Below, piece by piece: positions 48,769 through 58,344 of a stretch of 64,000 bases of DNA (positions are counted from its first letter, which is position 1; every line of letters starts with the position of its first letter). The position numbers and the translations under genes were made by a program. The notes under the pieces were generated by a model that worked only from the letters and a program-made list of their open reading frames with translations, was not told the DNA's origin and did not search any database. The stretch comes from an uncultured Gammaproteobacteria bacterium (GTDB lineage Bacteria; Patescibacteriota; Patescibacteriia; UBA1558; 2-01-FULL-52-15), in contig CAYOCJ010000001.1 of assembly GCA_964402565.1 (NCBI GenBank), positions 288,079-352,078 of the forward strand. Direction: 5' to 3'.

Positions 48769-50148
48769 ATGATCGAGCTGTATAACAATTTGCACCGGAA
48801 AAAAGAGGAGTTTGACCCTTTGGTGAAGGGCGCTGTTGGTTTATATACCTGTGGTCCGACAGTCTACGACTATCAGCATATTGGTAATATGCGCGCCTAT
48901 ATTACCTGGGATATACTGAAGCGCTTTTTGGTCTCGCAGGGGTACAAGGTGAATCACATTATGAATATCACTGATGTCGGTCATCTGACATCGGATAGTG
49001 ATGAAGGCGATGATAAAATGGAAGTTGCGCGCGCGCGTGAACATCTGACTGCCTGGCAAATCTCAGAAAAATATTTTAACTATTTCAGGCAGGATTGCGA
49101 TCATTTGAACATCCTGCCGCCAACACACTATGTGAAAGCAACTGACTTGATCAAAGAGCAAATCGCTTTCGCGAAAGTGCTGGAAGAGAAAGGTTTCTTA
49201 TACAAAATTTCCGATGGCATGTATTTTGATACGTCGAAAGACCCGGACTATGGCGCTTTAGCGTTACTTGATCGCAAAGGCGCTGCATCAGTCGCGCGCA
49301 TTGAGACAAATCCTGAGAAAAGGAATCCGGCTGATTTTGCGGTATGGAAGTTCTCACCAGCTGATTCGAAGCGCGATATGGAATGGGAAAGTCCCTGGGG
49401 CAAGGGTTTTCCTGGTTGGCATCTTGAATGCTCGGTTATCTCTATGAAACATCTTGGTGAGACCTTCGATATTCACACGGGAGGGATTGATCATCTGACT
49501 GTCCATCATCCGAATGAAATGGCGCAGTCAAAAGCGTACTCTGGCAAACTGCAGGCGAACTATTGGCTGCACAATAATTTCATCAATGATAAGAATAAGA
49601 AAATTTCAAAGTCAGCTGGCACCTTCGTCAGGCTCGCGGATATTATCACCGGAGGAGTGAGTCCTTTGGCCTATCGGTATTTTGTCTTGCAAACGCATTA
49701 TCGCAAAGAGCTTGCCTATTCCTGGGACGCGGTCAAAGCCGCGAATCAGGGCTTGAAGAATTTGTATCAAGAGCTATCGTTCTATCAGGAGCCAAGTGTT
49801 GAGACTATCGGTGAGTTGATACAAAAATTCGATGAAGCCTTATCTGATGACTTGAATACTTCGAAAGCACTGGATGTGATGCAGCAAGTTTTGAAAGCGA
49901 AGAAACCCAGTAGCATGAAACTCACAACGCTATTCAAAATGGATGAGGTATTAGGATTTGGCATGCGAGCTGAATGGCAACGGAGGAGTAAGCTACCCGC
50001 GAAAGCGCATGAATTACTTGCTCTGCGCCTCAAAGCCCGCGAAGCAAAGGACTGGAAACAGGCTGATATACTGCGTGATAAGCTGGCTGAAATGGGTGTT
50101 ATGGTTATGGATACAAATGAGGGGCAGATGGCGACGTTGAGTAATTAA
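48769..50148 (+). CDS. cysS: cysteine--tRNA ligase
   Basis: CGPTVYDYQHIGN (HIGH), KISKSAG (KMSKS), zinc-ligand cysteines. Confidence 0.95.
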   Translation: MIELYNNLHRKKEEFDPLVKGAVGLYTCGPTVYDYQHIGNMRAYITWDILKRFLVSQGYKVNHIMNITDVGHLTSDSDEGDDKMEVARAREHLTAWQISEKYFNYFRQDCDHLNILPPTHYVKATDLIKEQIAFAKVLEEKGFLYKISDGMYFDTSKDPDYGALALLDRKGAASVARIETNPEKRNPADFAVWKFSPADSKRDMEWESPWGKGFPGWHLECSVISMKHLGETFDIHTGGIDHLTVHHPNEMAQSKAYSGKLQANYWLHNNFINDKNKKISKSAGTFVRLADIITGGVSPLAYRYFVLQTHYRKELAYSWDAVKAANQGLKNLYQELSFYQEPSVETIGELIQKFDEALSDDLNTSKALDVMQQVLKAKKPSSMKLTTLFKMDEVLGFGMRAEWQRRSKLPAKAHELLALRLKAREAKDWKQADILRDKLAEMGVMVMDTNEGQMATLSN

Positions 50149-50158
50149 TGCTTTGCGA

Positions 50159-50827
50159 ATGGACCTCGGTTTTCTAAACGCATATTTACTTAAACTAAAT
50201 TTGATTACGTGGGCTCTCGTAGTATTTCTTTGCATCGTGCTTTTCTTATTGAGATGGAAGCTGCCAGTTATCATTGGCAGAATGGGTGAAAAATTTGTCC
50301 GAGGTAAGTTGCTTAATTTAAATCCAGAATACTATAAAGTTATTAACAATTTAACTCTTCCTTCATCGGGCAGCACAACTGTCACTCAAATTGATCACGT
50401 GGTCATATCCAATTATGGAATATTTTGTATCGAAACTAAAAATTATAAAGGCTGGATTTTTGGAAACGCATACGATAAATATTGGACACAAGTTATTTAC
50501 CATTACAAAAAGAAATTCTATAACCCAATCCATCAAAATTTTGTTCACTCAAAAGCGATAGGGGCTTATGTGCGACCTATTAGTTCAACTGTAGCGATTG
50601 ATACTTTCGTCGCTTTCCCAACAGCGGAAAAATTACGTATAACTGGCACCAGCAATGTCGGGCATATGGAAGATATCCTCCAGAAAATATTAAATTATAC
50701 AGCAGTCATTCTAAGCGACGGTGATAGAGATGAAATTTTTGAAGCTCTGCAAAATGCAAATATTCATGATAAGGTTGTTCTCAAAGATCATATTAGAGAA
50801 GTAAAAAATATTGCCATTAAAAGTTAA
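50159..50827 (+). CDS. membrane-anchored NERD (nuclease-related domain) protein
   Basis: GEKFV..YKVINNLTL..TTVTQIDHVVISNYGIFCIETKNYKGWIFG matches NERD core. N-terminal TM. AT-rich (~37% GC). Starts 10 nt after cysS stop with no SD. Confidence 0.7.
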   Translation: MDLGFLNAYLLKLNLITWALVVFLCIVLFLLRWKLPVIIGRMGEKFVRGKLLNLNPEYYKVINNLTLPSSGSTTVTQIDHVVISNYGIFCIETKNYKGWIFGNAYDKYWTQVIYHYKKKFYNPIHQNFVHSKAIGAYVRPISSTVAIDTFVAFPTAEKLRITGTSNVGHMEDILQKILNYTAVILSDGDRDEIFEALQNANIHDKVVLKDHIREVKNIAIKS

Positions 50828-50882
50828 GTTTTTTAGTTCGTTAGGGTTTCAGGGGCGAGCATGCAAAGCTTGTATATTTGTA

Positions 50883-50911
50883 TTGACAATCCCGTAGCGC
50901 AATGTTATCTT
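50883..50911 (+). promoter_or_regulatory. canonical sigma70-type promoter TTGACA-N17-TATCTT for CPBP gene
   Basis: Read directly. GGAGGAGG RBS at 50951-50958 before GTG 50967. Confidence 0.5.
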
Positions 50912-50966
50912 CATCAGTCGCTCGAAAGAGCCCATTGTCCGTTTTAGAACGGAGGAGGATGCCATA

Positions 50967-51536
50967 GTGAAGAAGTTCACCGCCTGGCTAGAGGATGAGC
51001 CTGGGTTCTGCGGCACCATCGGTGCGATTTGCATCGCACTAGGGTGCATCTTTGTCTGGCAGAACACAATCGTCTTGATTCATGAGTACCTGAATGCGCC
51101 GACCTTGTCCGACGTGCCGACCGATTTCATGCTCAGGTACTACTACAACGAGCCGTTTCACCTCAATACTGAGGTCAGGACTTTCGTACTGACCATGGCT
51201 GCCGCGATGCCGGAGGAGATCGTGTGTCGCTTGTTGCCGATTGTAGTATTCTTTCGCAACAAGCGCCGTGATACGTGGCGGTGGGTTGCCGTTGCGTTGT
51301 GTGTCGGTCCGGCATTCGGTCTTGCTCATGGTGTCATACCAGGTCTGTACCTGCAAAACGGCATAGGCCTGTTGCTCGCCGCACTGTACTTGAAATGCGG
51401 CGGTATGAATGGGCGTCATCTGAAGGCGCTTCTGTCCTCATGGACAGCGCACTTCCTGCTGAACTTCTCGTTGATCCAGTTTTTGCCCCATCTTTGGGTC
51501 TGGCTGTATGACCTGAAGGCAGCTCCCATCAAATAG
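50967..51536 (+). CDS. CPBP-family intramembrane metalloprotease (CAAX protease / Abi domain)
   Basis: EEIVCR (EExxxR), FGLAH (FxxxH), HFLLN (HxxxN) motifs within multi-TM protein. Confidence 0.7.
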   Translation: MKKFTAWLEDEPGFCGTIGAICIALGCIFVWQNTIVLIHEYLNAPTLSDVPTDFMLRYYYNEPFHLNTEVRTFVLTMAAAMPEEIVCRLLPIVVFFRNKRRDTWRWVAVALCVGPAFGLAHGVIPGLYLQNGIGLLLAALYLKCGGMNGRHLKALLSSWTAHFLLNFSLIQFLPHLWVWLYDLKAAPIK

Positions 51537-51594
51537 CGCAGTTTCTACCAGTGCGCTTAACACGACGTCGCGTGTGACGCGGCGAGAACAGAAG

Positions 51595-51625
51595 GCCTCG
51601 GGTGGCTAACGCCCGGGGCTTTTTC
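51595..51625 (+). terminator. terminator GCCTCGGG-tggctaac-GCCCGGGGC plus TTTTT
   Basis: Read directly. Confidence 0.6.
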
Positions 51626-51649
51626 CTTTGCGGCTGGTCTCGGTACATC

Positions 51650-51686
51650 AAGAAAAAGCAAAACCCCGGATCAGTTGACCCGGGGC
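51650..51686 (-). terminator. terminator CCCCGG-atcagttgac-CCGGGG with U-run on minus strand
   Basis: Downstream of minus-strand gene stop at 51710. Confidence 0.55.
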
Positions 51687-51709
51687 TGTGAGTTGCTAGG
51701 CCTTTCGGC

Positions 51710-52300
51710 CTACTCTTTGTTGTTGACGAACGCGGTGACGATCTTCAGGGCGTGATGTTCGGTTCCTTGCGCGAAATCCAGGCCTTCCATCAGTTGATCG
51801 AGTGCCGTATCGATTCTTCGGTACTCGTTCAGTTGATGATTGGCCTCGTCAGGCAAGACCATCCTGACGATGTAATTCGGCTCGCCGACAACATGTTGCC
51901 CAGCGACAGGGAATGGATCTTCATCGTCGAGGCTGATGATGTCCCGTTCCGGCCCAAACTTACGCTTGGTGTCCTCGAAAATGATGTATCGACGGATCGA
52001 ACGATCACGTGCCGGAGGCCGCTCGTTGATCAGAGATTCGACGAGATAGATCGCGCGGCCTTCGAAGTTTTCGTCATCGGAGAAGCCGGGGTTGAAGAGG
52101 CTGAATGCTTCGTCAAGCTTTACGAATCGATCCATGAGCTGGTTGAACTCATGTGACAAGAAGGCGACGATGAGTGTTTTGTCTTCCCCGGGAAGATAGC
52201 CTCCGCGTTGCAGGGAGCCCTTTTCCAGGTGCCTTTCCTTGAGGCTGATGACATCCTGACGCTTACTTCCTTCGCTGCGGACGATCACATATCGTTCCAC
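51710..52300 (-). CDS. hypothetical protein (197 aa)
   Basis: AAGGAGG RBS 5 nt upstream of GTG 52300. No recognisable motif. Confidence 0.45.
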   Translation of the reverse strand: MERYVIVRSEGSKRQDVISLKERHLEKGSLQRGGYLPGEDKTLIVAFLSHEFNQLMDRFVKLDEAFSLFNPGFSDDENFEGRAIYLVESLINERPPARDRSIRRYIIFEDTKRKFGPERDIISLDDEDPFPVAGQHVVGEPNYIVRMVLPDEANHQLNEYRRIDTALDQLMEGLDFAQGTEHHALKIVTAFVNNKE

Positions 52301-52339
52301 GATTTCCTCCTTTTTTGGTGTACAGATCAAGTCGTGACG

Positions 52340-52559
52340 TTATAGTATAAAGGGTGCTTCGTCAAGCAATATACTTGACGAATCGACTGCGGTAAGTTAT
52401 ACTCCTTTTCGTGAAATCCTAAGACAGCAGGTGTCACGTGGCCGCGCGAAAGCGAGGCTTTACGTGACTTAATCTCCTGCCGAGGAAAGGTCGATACCTC
52501 TCTATGTCTGTGATTTCCTCACGGACTTTTTTGTTTAAAAGTCCCAACAGACTATATAT
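52340..52559 (+). promoter_or_regulatory. structured rplJ leader (hairpins TTCGTCAAG..CTTGACGAA and GTCACGTG..ACGTGAC)
   Basis: Inverted repeats read directly. Role as L10(L12) autoregulatory leader is inference from position. Confidence 0.35.
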
Positions 52560-53081
52560 ATGCCAAAATCACGAGAAAAGAAGGAAGTTGAAGTGAAGAA
52601 TCTTTCTGAAAGCCTGAAGAAAAGTAAGGCGGTCGTCTTTGCGACGCAGAAAGGTGTCTCAGTGAAAGCAATCGAAGGCTTGCGCAAAGACCTGAAAGGC
52701 CATGATGCGCAGCTACAATCAGTGAAGAAGACATTGCTGAATTTGGTTGCGAAAGAACAATCCATCGATCTCTCGAGTCTTGCTATGGACGGAAGCGTTG
52801 GTCTTGCATTCTCCTATGGGGATGAAGTAAGCGCTGCGAAAACCGTCTATGACTTCACGAAGAAGAACGATGGCATGCAGATAGTCGGAGGCATGCTCGA
52901 AGGCCAGGTTATCCCCGCGGATAAAGTCATGGCCCTGGCAAAACTTCCGGGCAAACAAGAATTGCTTGGGCAATTGGTCGGCACCTTGCAGGCTCCGGTT
53001 TCTGGATTCGTCAGAGTCCTGGCTGGTAACTTGCGCGGGCTAGTCAATGCGCTCAATGCAGTGAAAGAATCTAAGTCGTAA
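52560..53081 (+). CDS. rplJ: 50S ribosomal protein L10
   Basis: L10 N-terminal pattern. Followed by rplL. Confidence 0.9.
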   Translation: MPKSREKKEVEVKNLSESLKKSKAVVFATQKGVSVKAIEGLRKDLKGHDAQLQSVKKTLLNLVAKEQSIDLSSLAMDGSVGLAFSYGDEVSAAKTVYDFTKKNDGMQIVGGMLEGQVIPADKVMALAKLPGKQELLGQLVGTLQAPVSGFVRVLAGNLRGLVNALNAVKESKS

Positions 53082-53121
53082 TTTCGCCTATCGGGCGGAA
53101 ATAATCCATAATTTAAACACT

Positions 53122-53526
53122 ATGTCAGAAGAAAAAATGGCAGTACCGGCAAAATTCAAATCCATCGTTGATGAGGTTTCGAAGATGTCGGTATTGGATC
53201 TTTCGGAACTGGTAAAGGTTCTCGAAGATCATTTCGGAGTAACAGCTGCAGCTCCCATGATGATGGGTGCTATGCCGGCTGCTGGCGGTGCAGGCGCTCC
53301 TGCTGAGGAAGCAAAGTCAACCTTCTCAGTTGAGCTCACGGCTGGCGGTGAGACAAAGATCGCGGTTATCAAAGTAGTCCGCGAGCTCACTCAGTTGGGC
53401 TTGAAGGAAGCTAAAGACATTGTCGATGGCGCTCCAAAGATGCTGAAGGAAGGCGTTGATAAAGCCGCTGCAGAAGAAATGAAAAAGAAGATCGAGGAAG
53501 CAGGCGGAAAGGTGACCCTCAAGTAA
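53122..53526 (+). CDS. rplL: 50S ribosomal protein L7/L12
   Basis: Ala/Gly-rich hinge, C-terminal [24 protein letters not shown]. Confidence 0.95.
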   Translation: MSEEKMAVPAKFKSIVDEVSKMSVLDLSELVKVLEDHFGVTAAAPMMMGAMPAAGGAGAPAEEAKSTFSVELTAGGETKIAVIKVVRELTQLGLKEAKDIVDGAPKMLKEGVDKAAAEEMKKKIEEAGGKVTLK

Positions 53527-53624
53527 GATCTAAAAAGGTCATCCTGACCGAAGGCCCCGAGCTTCTGCGAGGGGGCGAAGTCGAAGGATCTGCTTTGAAG
53601 TAATAGTAATTACTTGTACTACTG

Positions 53625-53656
53625 AAAGCGCCCGGCCGTACGGCCGGGCGCTTTTG
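53625..53656 (+). terminator. rplL terminator GCGCCCGGCC-gtac-GGCCGGGCGC plus TTTTG
   Basis: 10-bp perfect stem. Confidence 0.85.
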
Positions 53657-53809
53657 TATCTATACGCGGAGCTGCCTACACCTCACACCGGGTCCAATCG
53701 GAAGGGTGTTCGGTATAGTCCGCTCGCGTTTTTCCAATATTCTAAGAAAACAGTCCCGCAGCAGCGGAACACCATCCTCGCCGGAGGCGGCGTGGCGGGG
53801 TACGGGGTT

Positions 53810-53857
53810 GTCAGGGGTGTAGGGGCGCCTTCGCAACTTGAGCCCCTCACCCCTGAC
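53810..53857. repeat. nested GC hairpin GTCAGGGGTG-t-AGGGGC...GCCCCT-CACCCCTGAC
   Basis: Read directly. Lies 3' of the minus-strand phosphatase gene. Confidence 0.45.
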
Positions 53858-53884
53858 TGGCCTGCCGGGGCCAGTCCCGGCTAG

Positions 53885-56014
53885 TTACTTTTTAATAGCG
53901 AGAAGATAAATCGCTTTTCCGTTCAGCACATCGATCTGATCCTCCTGAGCAGTCACGACCAACGTCTTTAAATCGTCGAATTTCGGAGAAGTATATTGAT
54001 CTTTAATATTTCCTTGCTTGTCGAGGATGGCGACGCGTTTATTTTCAGGGTCGAGGATATAGAGCAGTTTAGATTCTTTCGTTGTATAGATAGTACTTGA
54101 TGCACCGAGCTGAGGGCTGAATTGGTGGTAATTGAATTCCTGGCGTGTGCCTTTCAGGAGCTTCACGATCTCGCCGTCTTTCGTGATCAAATAGGCATTG
54201 CCGTCGATGGCGACGTTATTTGCTTTATTGAGGAGACCCGCGTCATTGAGCCAAACGGTGCCAGCCTTGAACGTCGTGCCAGAACCTTCATGTTTGAAGA
54301 GCTCGCCTTTGGTCCGATCAAGCAGATACAAGTTGCCGGCGTAGAGGGTTACTGCATCAATTTTTTTCATATCCGCATGCTTTTGCAGAGCGACCTGTGC
54401 CAGATCGCTGCCCTTGATCCTGAAAAGATCTCCGGCGTCGGTCATGGCCAAGGTAGTATCGCCGCTTTGCGCAAGGAATGCGATCGGAGCTTGCAGCAAG
54501 GATGCTTTTGATAAAGCGCCATTGGTGAGCCGATACAGCTGTTTATCAGCTGAGAGCATGACTGAACCGTCAGGAGCCAGAGCGATAGCGGTCACATTCG
54601 TCTCGGGTATGCTTGAAATGTCAGCCAGCGAAAGAGGGGAATCTATGGTATTGATATGCCGGACCTTGTTCAGCTGGTATTCTGCATCCTTGCGATACTG
54701 CGCGATCTGCTCTTCTTGTTTTTTATTTGCAGGCTTCAGCGAATCAAGCGCCTTGATCATATCCAGATAGATCTGTTCAGCAGTAGCCTCATCTCCGTAG
54801 AGGATCGCATCATCAGCTGCAGATTTTTTTTGGGTCAATGCGAACAATGTGGTGTCATACGATGATCGTATGGAAGCGAGTTCCTTATTTTGTCCTTTGA
54901 TCAGCAGCACATGCATCAGCAGGAAACAGAGTACTGCAAGCGAGATGATCGTATAACGTTTTCGTTTTGGCGTGTCCGAGAGCTTCATTTGCCATTGCTG
55001 TATATAGTCATTGGTCGTATCGATGAGATTTTTCTCATGGGCAGAACGTTTTGAGGTAAAGAGTAGCGCCTGGAGCCCGGCCCAGATAGCCGACCACAGC
55101 CTGATCAAAATGCGGGTCATGAGCTGCAGGTAATTCCGAAGATGCTTCAAGAACCAGCGTATTGATCCTGAGATGGAGATATATGGTATGAGAGATTCGC
55201 GCGGGCGAAGCGTGCGTCTCTGCCGCGGCATTTCCTCGAAAGTGCCGGCGTTCGTATTGTCTATCAGATCATCATAGCTCGGTTGCTCATCGCGCTGTGC
55301 CGCAGTTGCAGGAACTTCCTGCATTCCTTGAGCAGCAAGCCCGTCGTATTCGGTGGTGAATTTGATGAGCGCTGCAGCAAAGGTAATAGAGGACGGCACC
55401 TGAGATACCAGCATTTCAAGTTTTTGTGCCGCAGCTTGCGGAGCATAGGTTCGGACGATGCTGTTGATCTTTTCTTGCGCGATATAGTCGCCAAGCGATG
55501 ATGTCGTCATGATGATGGCATCGCCGGGATTCAGGATACCGCTCGTGATATGCGAGAAGAGCTTCAGCGGATTCAATTGGCGATCGGATTCTGAGATCAG
55601 GGTCATGGTGCTGCCCTGGACCAGATACGCCTGTATATTTCCAATTTGCGAGAAATGCACCTGGCCTCGGTCAGATACGCCGATGAGCAGATTGAGGCTA
55701 TTCAGCCATTGAGTATTTTTTTTCGGCGCTATATGGGGCAGCAGGATATTCAAAGACTCGAGCGTGGTCTCGAGGACAAGCTCAGGTGTGAATTGCCGCG
55801 ACTCTTCGAATGCTTTGACCGTTGTATTGATGATAGCGTCAAGCAAAGCTCCATGATCGGCGGCGCTGCGGGGGAATTCGACGACAATGATCAGTTTTTG
55901 CAGATTTCGCTCTGCCTGAGGTGCGTTTCCAAGGTATATATCAGCAATGCTTCGGCTGAAAGCAGGGTCGTATACGAACAACTTATCTATGAGTATATCT
56001 CGCGGGTCCGGCAT
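53885..56014 (-). CDS. membrane protein with N-terminal PP2C/SpoIIE-like phosphatase domain, one TM and large extracytoplasmic repeat domain
   Basis: AADHGALLDAI, LIGVSDRGQVHF, LNPGDAIIMTTSSLGDYI resemble SpoIIE/PP2C motifs. TM YTIISLAVLCFLLMHVLLI. C-terminal beta-repeat-like region. Confidence 0.45.
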   Translation of the reverse strand: MPDPRDILIDKLFVYDPAFSRSIADIYLGNAPQAERNLQKLIIVVEFPRSAADHGALLDAIINTTVKAFEESRQFTPELVLETTLESLNILLPHIAPKKNTQWLNSLNLLIGVSDRGQVHFSQIGNIQAYLVQGSTMTLISESDRQLNPLKLFSHITSGILNPGDAIIMTTSSLGDYIAQEKINSIVRTYAPQAAAQKLEMLVSQVPSSITFAAALIKFTTEYDGLAAQGMQEVPATAAQRDEQPSYDDLIDNTNAGTFEEMPRQRRTLRPRESLIPYISISGSIRWFLKHLRNYLQLMTRILIRLWSAIWAGLQALLFTSKRSAHEKNLIDTTNDYIQQWQMKLSDTPKRKRYTIISLAVLCFLLMHVLLIKGQNKELASIRSSYDTTLFALTQKKSAADDAILYGDEATAEQIYLDMIKALDSLKPANKKQEEQIAQYRKDAEYQLNKVRHINTIDSPLSLADISSIPETNVTAIALAPDGSVMLSADKQLYRLTNGALSKASLLQAPIAFLAQSGDTTLAMTDAGDLFRIKGSDLAQVALQKHADMKKIDAVTLYAGNLYLLDRTKGELFKHEGSGTTFKAGTVWLNDAGLLNKANNVAIDGNAYLITKDGEIVKLLKGTRQEFNYHQFSPQLGASSTIYTTKESKLLYILDPENKRVAILDKQGNIKDQYTSPKFDDLKTLVVTAQEDQIDVLNGKAIYLLAIKK

Positions 56015-56149
56015 GATTTAGTCCAAGATACTTGCGTTAAAATGGTGCGGTCATTATACTATAGGTACTTTTTTTAGTGAACCCAGCTCCGCCTTTGCTT
56101 TATAATACAGTATTTCAATAAATAATAGTTTCCTGGCCGCGCCATAGTG

Positions 56150-56168
56150 CCGCAGTAGAGAACTGCGG
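56150..56168 (+). promoter_or_regulatory. perfect 7-bp inverted repeat CCGCAGT-agaga-ACTGCGG upstream of wHTH regulator (candidate operator)
   Basis: Read directly. Sits ~35 nt before ATG 56199. Confidence 0.35.
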
Positions 56169-56198
56169 TACAAAGGTGGGCTTGGTTGCAGTTTCTCT

Positions 56199-56756
56199 AT
56201 GTTAGAACATCTTTTTGGTTCCACGTCACGCGCGAAGATAATAAAATTTTTTTGTACGCATGCGACAGCACGCGGGTATGTCCGTGAATTAGCCAGGTCT
56301 TTGGACATTGCCCTGAATGGCCTGAGCCGCGAGCTTGAGAATCTGGAACGGATCGGTCTTTTGGCTTCTTCATTCGATCAGGGAAAGAAATTTTACAGCG
56401 TAAATCCCGGATTTCCAATGCTTGCCGAGCTGAAGGCGCTGATCTTCAAATCAATTGTCTTGCTCGAGCAGGCCATAGTCCGCGATGTGAAAGAGATGCG
56501 CGGCGTGCAGGTATTTATACTGACCGGCATTTTTGTCGGAGAAGAGACCGGGACTGATATTTTACTGGTCGGTACGATAGACCGCCAGAAAGTTCAGAAA
56601 CTGATAGCTTCGCTCTCAAAGTCGTTCTATCAGGATATCCGTTTCACGTTATTTTCGCCGACCGAGTACAAGTATCGTCTCGAAGTAACGGATAAGTTCG
56701 TGTATACGATCTTGAATCATTCGCCGATAGTTATCGTCAACAAGTATACGAAATGA
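56199..56756 (+). CDS. winged-helix transcriptional regulator
   Basis: N-terminal KIIKFFCTHATARGYVRELARSLDIALNGLSRELENLERIGLL wHTH pattern. Confidence 0.55.
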   Translation: MLEHLFGSTSRAKIIKFFCTHATARGYVRELARSLDIALNGLSRELENLERIGLLASSFDQGKKFYSVNPGFPMLAELKALIFKSIVLLEQAIVRDVKEMRGVQVFILTGIFVGEETGTDILLVGTIDRQKVQKLIASLSKSFYQDIRFTLFSPTEYKYRLEVTDKFVYTILNHSPIVIVNKYTK

Positions 56757-57502
56757 GATCTGTCACGCTCCCGACTCGCCGCGGATACCGGTTAGCCCTG
56801 CGCTTGTATCCGGGCAACAGAAATTTACCGCTCGTGATCCTTTGTCATGGTCTTGGTGTTGATAGCAGGTATCCATTGATAGCTACAATTCAGAAGGAAT
56901 TAACGAAAGCGGGTTTTGGTGTTTGCGTTTTTGATCTTGCTGCGCATGGCAATAGCAGCGGAGGAGTCAAAGACAGGCTTGTCCGTAATTTTGTATCGGA
57001 TCTCGTAGACTGCATAGCATATTGCAAAAAAAATGATCTTGCCTCAAACGGGGTAGCGCTCATCGGCCATAGCATCGGGGCATTAGCAAGCATGATTGTT
57101 GCGTCTCAGCAAAGGCAGAATATTGCCTGTGTCGTATGTATCGCTGGTAATGCAGAAGCAAAGAAAAAGCAGCTTGCTTTGGAGGCCAAAGGGAAGATAC
57201 GAACATATAAAACGTATAGCATGGTTGGCCGCACAAAGGTGGCAAAAAACTTCTGGATTGACCGCTCAAGGCTCGAACCAAAGCAATTCGTTAGAAAGAT
57301 ACAAATGCCAATGTTGTATGTCGACGGAAGTAAGGATCACACGAATCCGCCGGAGGATAGCAGATTACTATTGTCATGGACAAAGTCAAAGAGAAAAAAA
57401 GTTGTCCTGATAGCAGGCGCAGATCATTATTTCAAACCGTTAGCACATCAGACAGCAGCTGCGAAAACTATCCAGCTATGGCTCAAAAAAAATATACTTT
57501 AA
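56753..57502 (+). CDS. alpha/beta-fold hydrolase
   Basis: HGLG oxyanion region, GHSIG nucleophile elbow. ATGA overlap with regulator gene. Confidence 0.65.
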   Translation: MRSVTLPTRRGYRLALRLYPGNRNLPLVILCHGLGVDSRYPLIATIQKELTKAGFGVCVFDLAAHGNSSGGVKDRLVRNFVSDLVDCIAYCKKNDLASNGVALIGHSIGALASMIVASQQRQNIACVVCIAGNAEAKKKQLALEAKGKIRTYKTYSMVGRTKVAKNFWIDRSRLEPKQFVRKIQMPMLYVDGSKDHTNPPEDSRLLLSWTKSKRKKVVLIAGADHYFKPLAHQTAAAKTIQLWLKKNIL

Positions 57503-57933
57503 AAAAAACAGCCTCTTTCCTTGTGGTGTGGGGCATTTCTCAGAATATGCTTCATTGTGAAGTTGTCTCAAAAGATAGGCGTTTTGATCTGAGCGGGGAC
57601 TTTTCGCCATTGGATCAAAAATTATTACTAGTATTGCAAAGCGAGAAATCGAAACTCAAGGATATTGCCGCGGTTGGAATAGTCGCAGATCATTTGGGAG
57701 GCTTTGCTTCGTCTCGGCTTTTGCTAGCAACGCTTAATACCTATGCATGGCTTCGGGACATGCCAATTTTCTCTATCCCTGAAGAATGGAAGCAAAAAGA
57801 GCCAGCTGAACTCGTCATGCTCCTTCTGAAAAAGAGCAAAGCAACAAAAAAAGCCGCACAAGTCCTGCCGCAGTATATGCGTCCTGCCGACACGACCGAA
57901 TCAAAAAAAGTAAAAAAATTTAAAGTTGTTTGA
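57478..57933 (+). CDS. TsaB/YeaZ-like (inactive Kae1 homologue) short form
   Basis: DIAAVGIVADHLGGFASSRLLLATLNTYAW resembles TsaB core. 151 aa. Confidence 0.4.
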   Translation: MAQKKYTLKKTASFLVVWGISQNMLHCEVVSKDRRFDLSGDFSPLDQKLLLVLQSEKSKLKDIAAVGIVADHLGGFASSRLLLATLNTYAWLRDMPIFSIPEEWKQKEPAELVMLLLKKSKATKKAAQVLPQYMRPADTTESKKVKKFKVV

Positions 57934-57959
57934 AAGAAGCTTCGTATTCAGAGCAGAAT

Positions 57960-57970
57960 TGTGCTATACT
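57960..57970 (+). promoter_or_regulatory. extended -10 promoter TGTGCTATACT
   Basis: Identical 11-mer to 63368-63378. 12 nt before ATG 57983. Confidence 0.4.
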
Positions 57971-57982
57971 ATAGCCTGCAGT

Positions 57983-58144
57983 ATGAAACATAAACATAAA
58001 TCAAAGTATTATTTGAAAAAGAAGAATCTGGTGGCGATCATGAGCGCTATCAAGGCTGACTCATTGACTGGCTTCATTGCAGGCTTTTTGGTTGGCGTTA
58101 TCGGAATGTATGTCTATGTGATCATCATTAGCACATTCCCGTAG
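57983..58144 (+). CDS. small membrane protein (one C-terminal TM)
   Basis: 53 aa, Lys-rich N-terminus, hydrophobic C-terminus. Confidence 0.35.
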   Translation: MKHKHKSKYYLKKKNLVAIMSAIKADSLTGFIAGFLVGVIGMYVYVIIISTFP

Positions 58145-58149
58145 AAATT

Positions 58150-58335
58150 TTTTTTCTGTTTTTCCACAGGCCACACAGTGGTCTTTTTTATTTTTTAGCC
58201 ATTTTTTGCAACTTTTTGATTATTTCCTCTGTTTGTATCGTAATATAGTGGTTGACCAAAGCTGTTTTGTGGTGTAAAATGGAGTGGTATAGATGTGAAG
58301 TGGAACAAAGTGGGGATAACCCAATCCTTTTGTGG
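58150..58335 (+). promoter_or_regulatory. mraZ upstream region with serial GTGG(N) boxes (GTGGTTG, GTGGTGT, AGTGGTA, AGTGGAA, AGTGGGG, TGTGGAT) and CCACacaGTGG palindrome
   Basis: Read directly. MraZ is known to bind spaced GTGGG-like direct repeats in its own promoter (established for E. coli). Confidence 0.35.
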
Positions 58336-58344
58336 ATAACTAAT

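Noticed and set aside
53654-53884. 76-aa Gly-rich plus ORF after rplL
   Set aside because: Low complexity. Overlaps the GC hairpin region and the 3' end of the convergent phosphatase gene. More likely non-coding terminator region.
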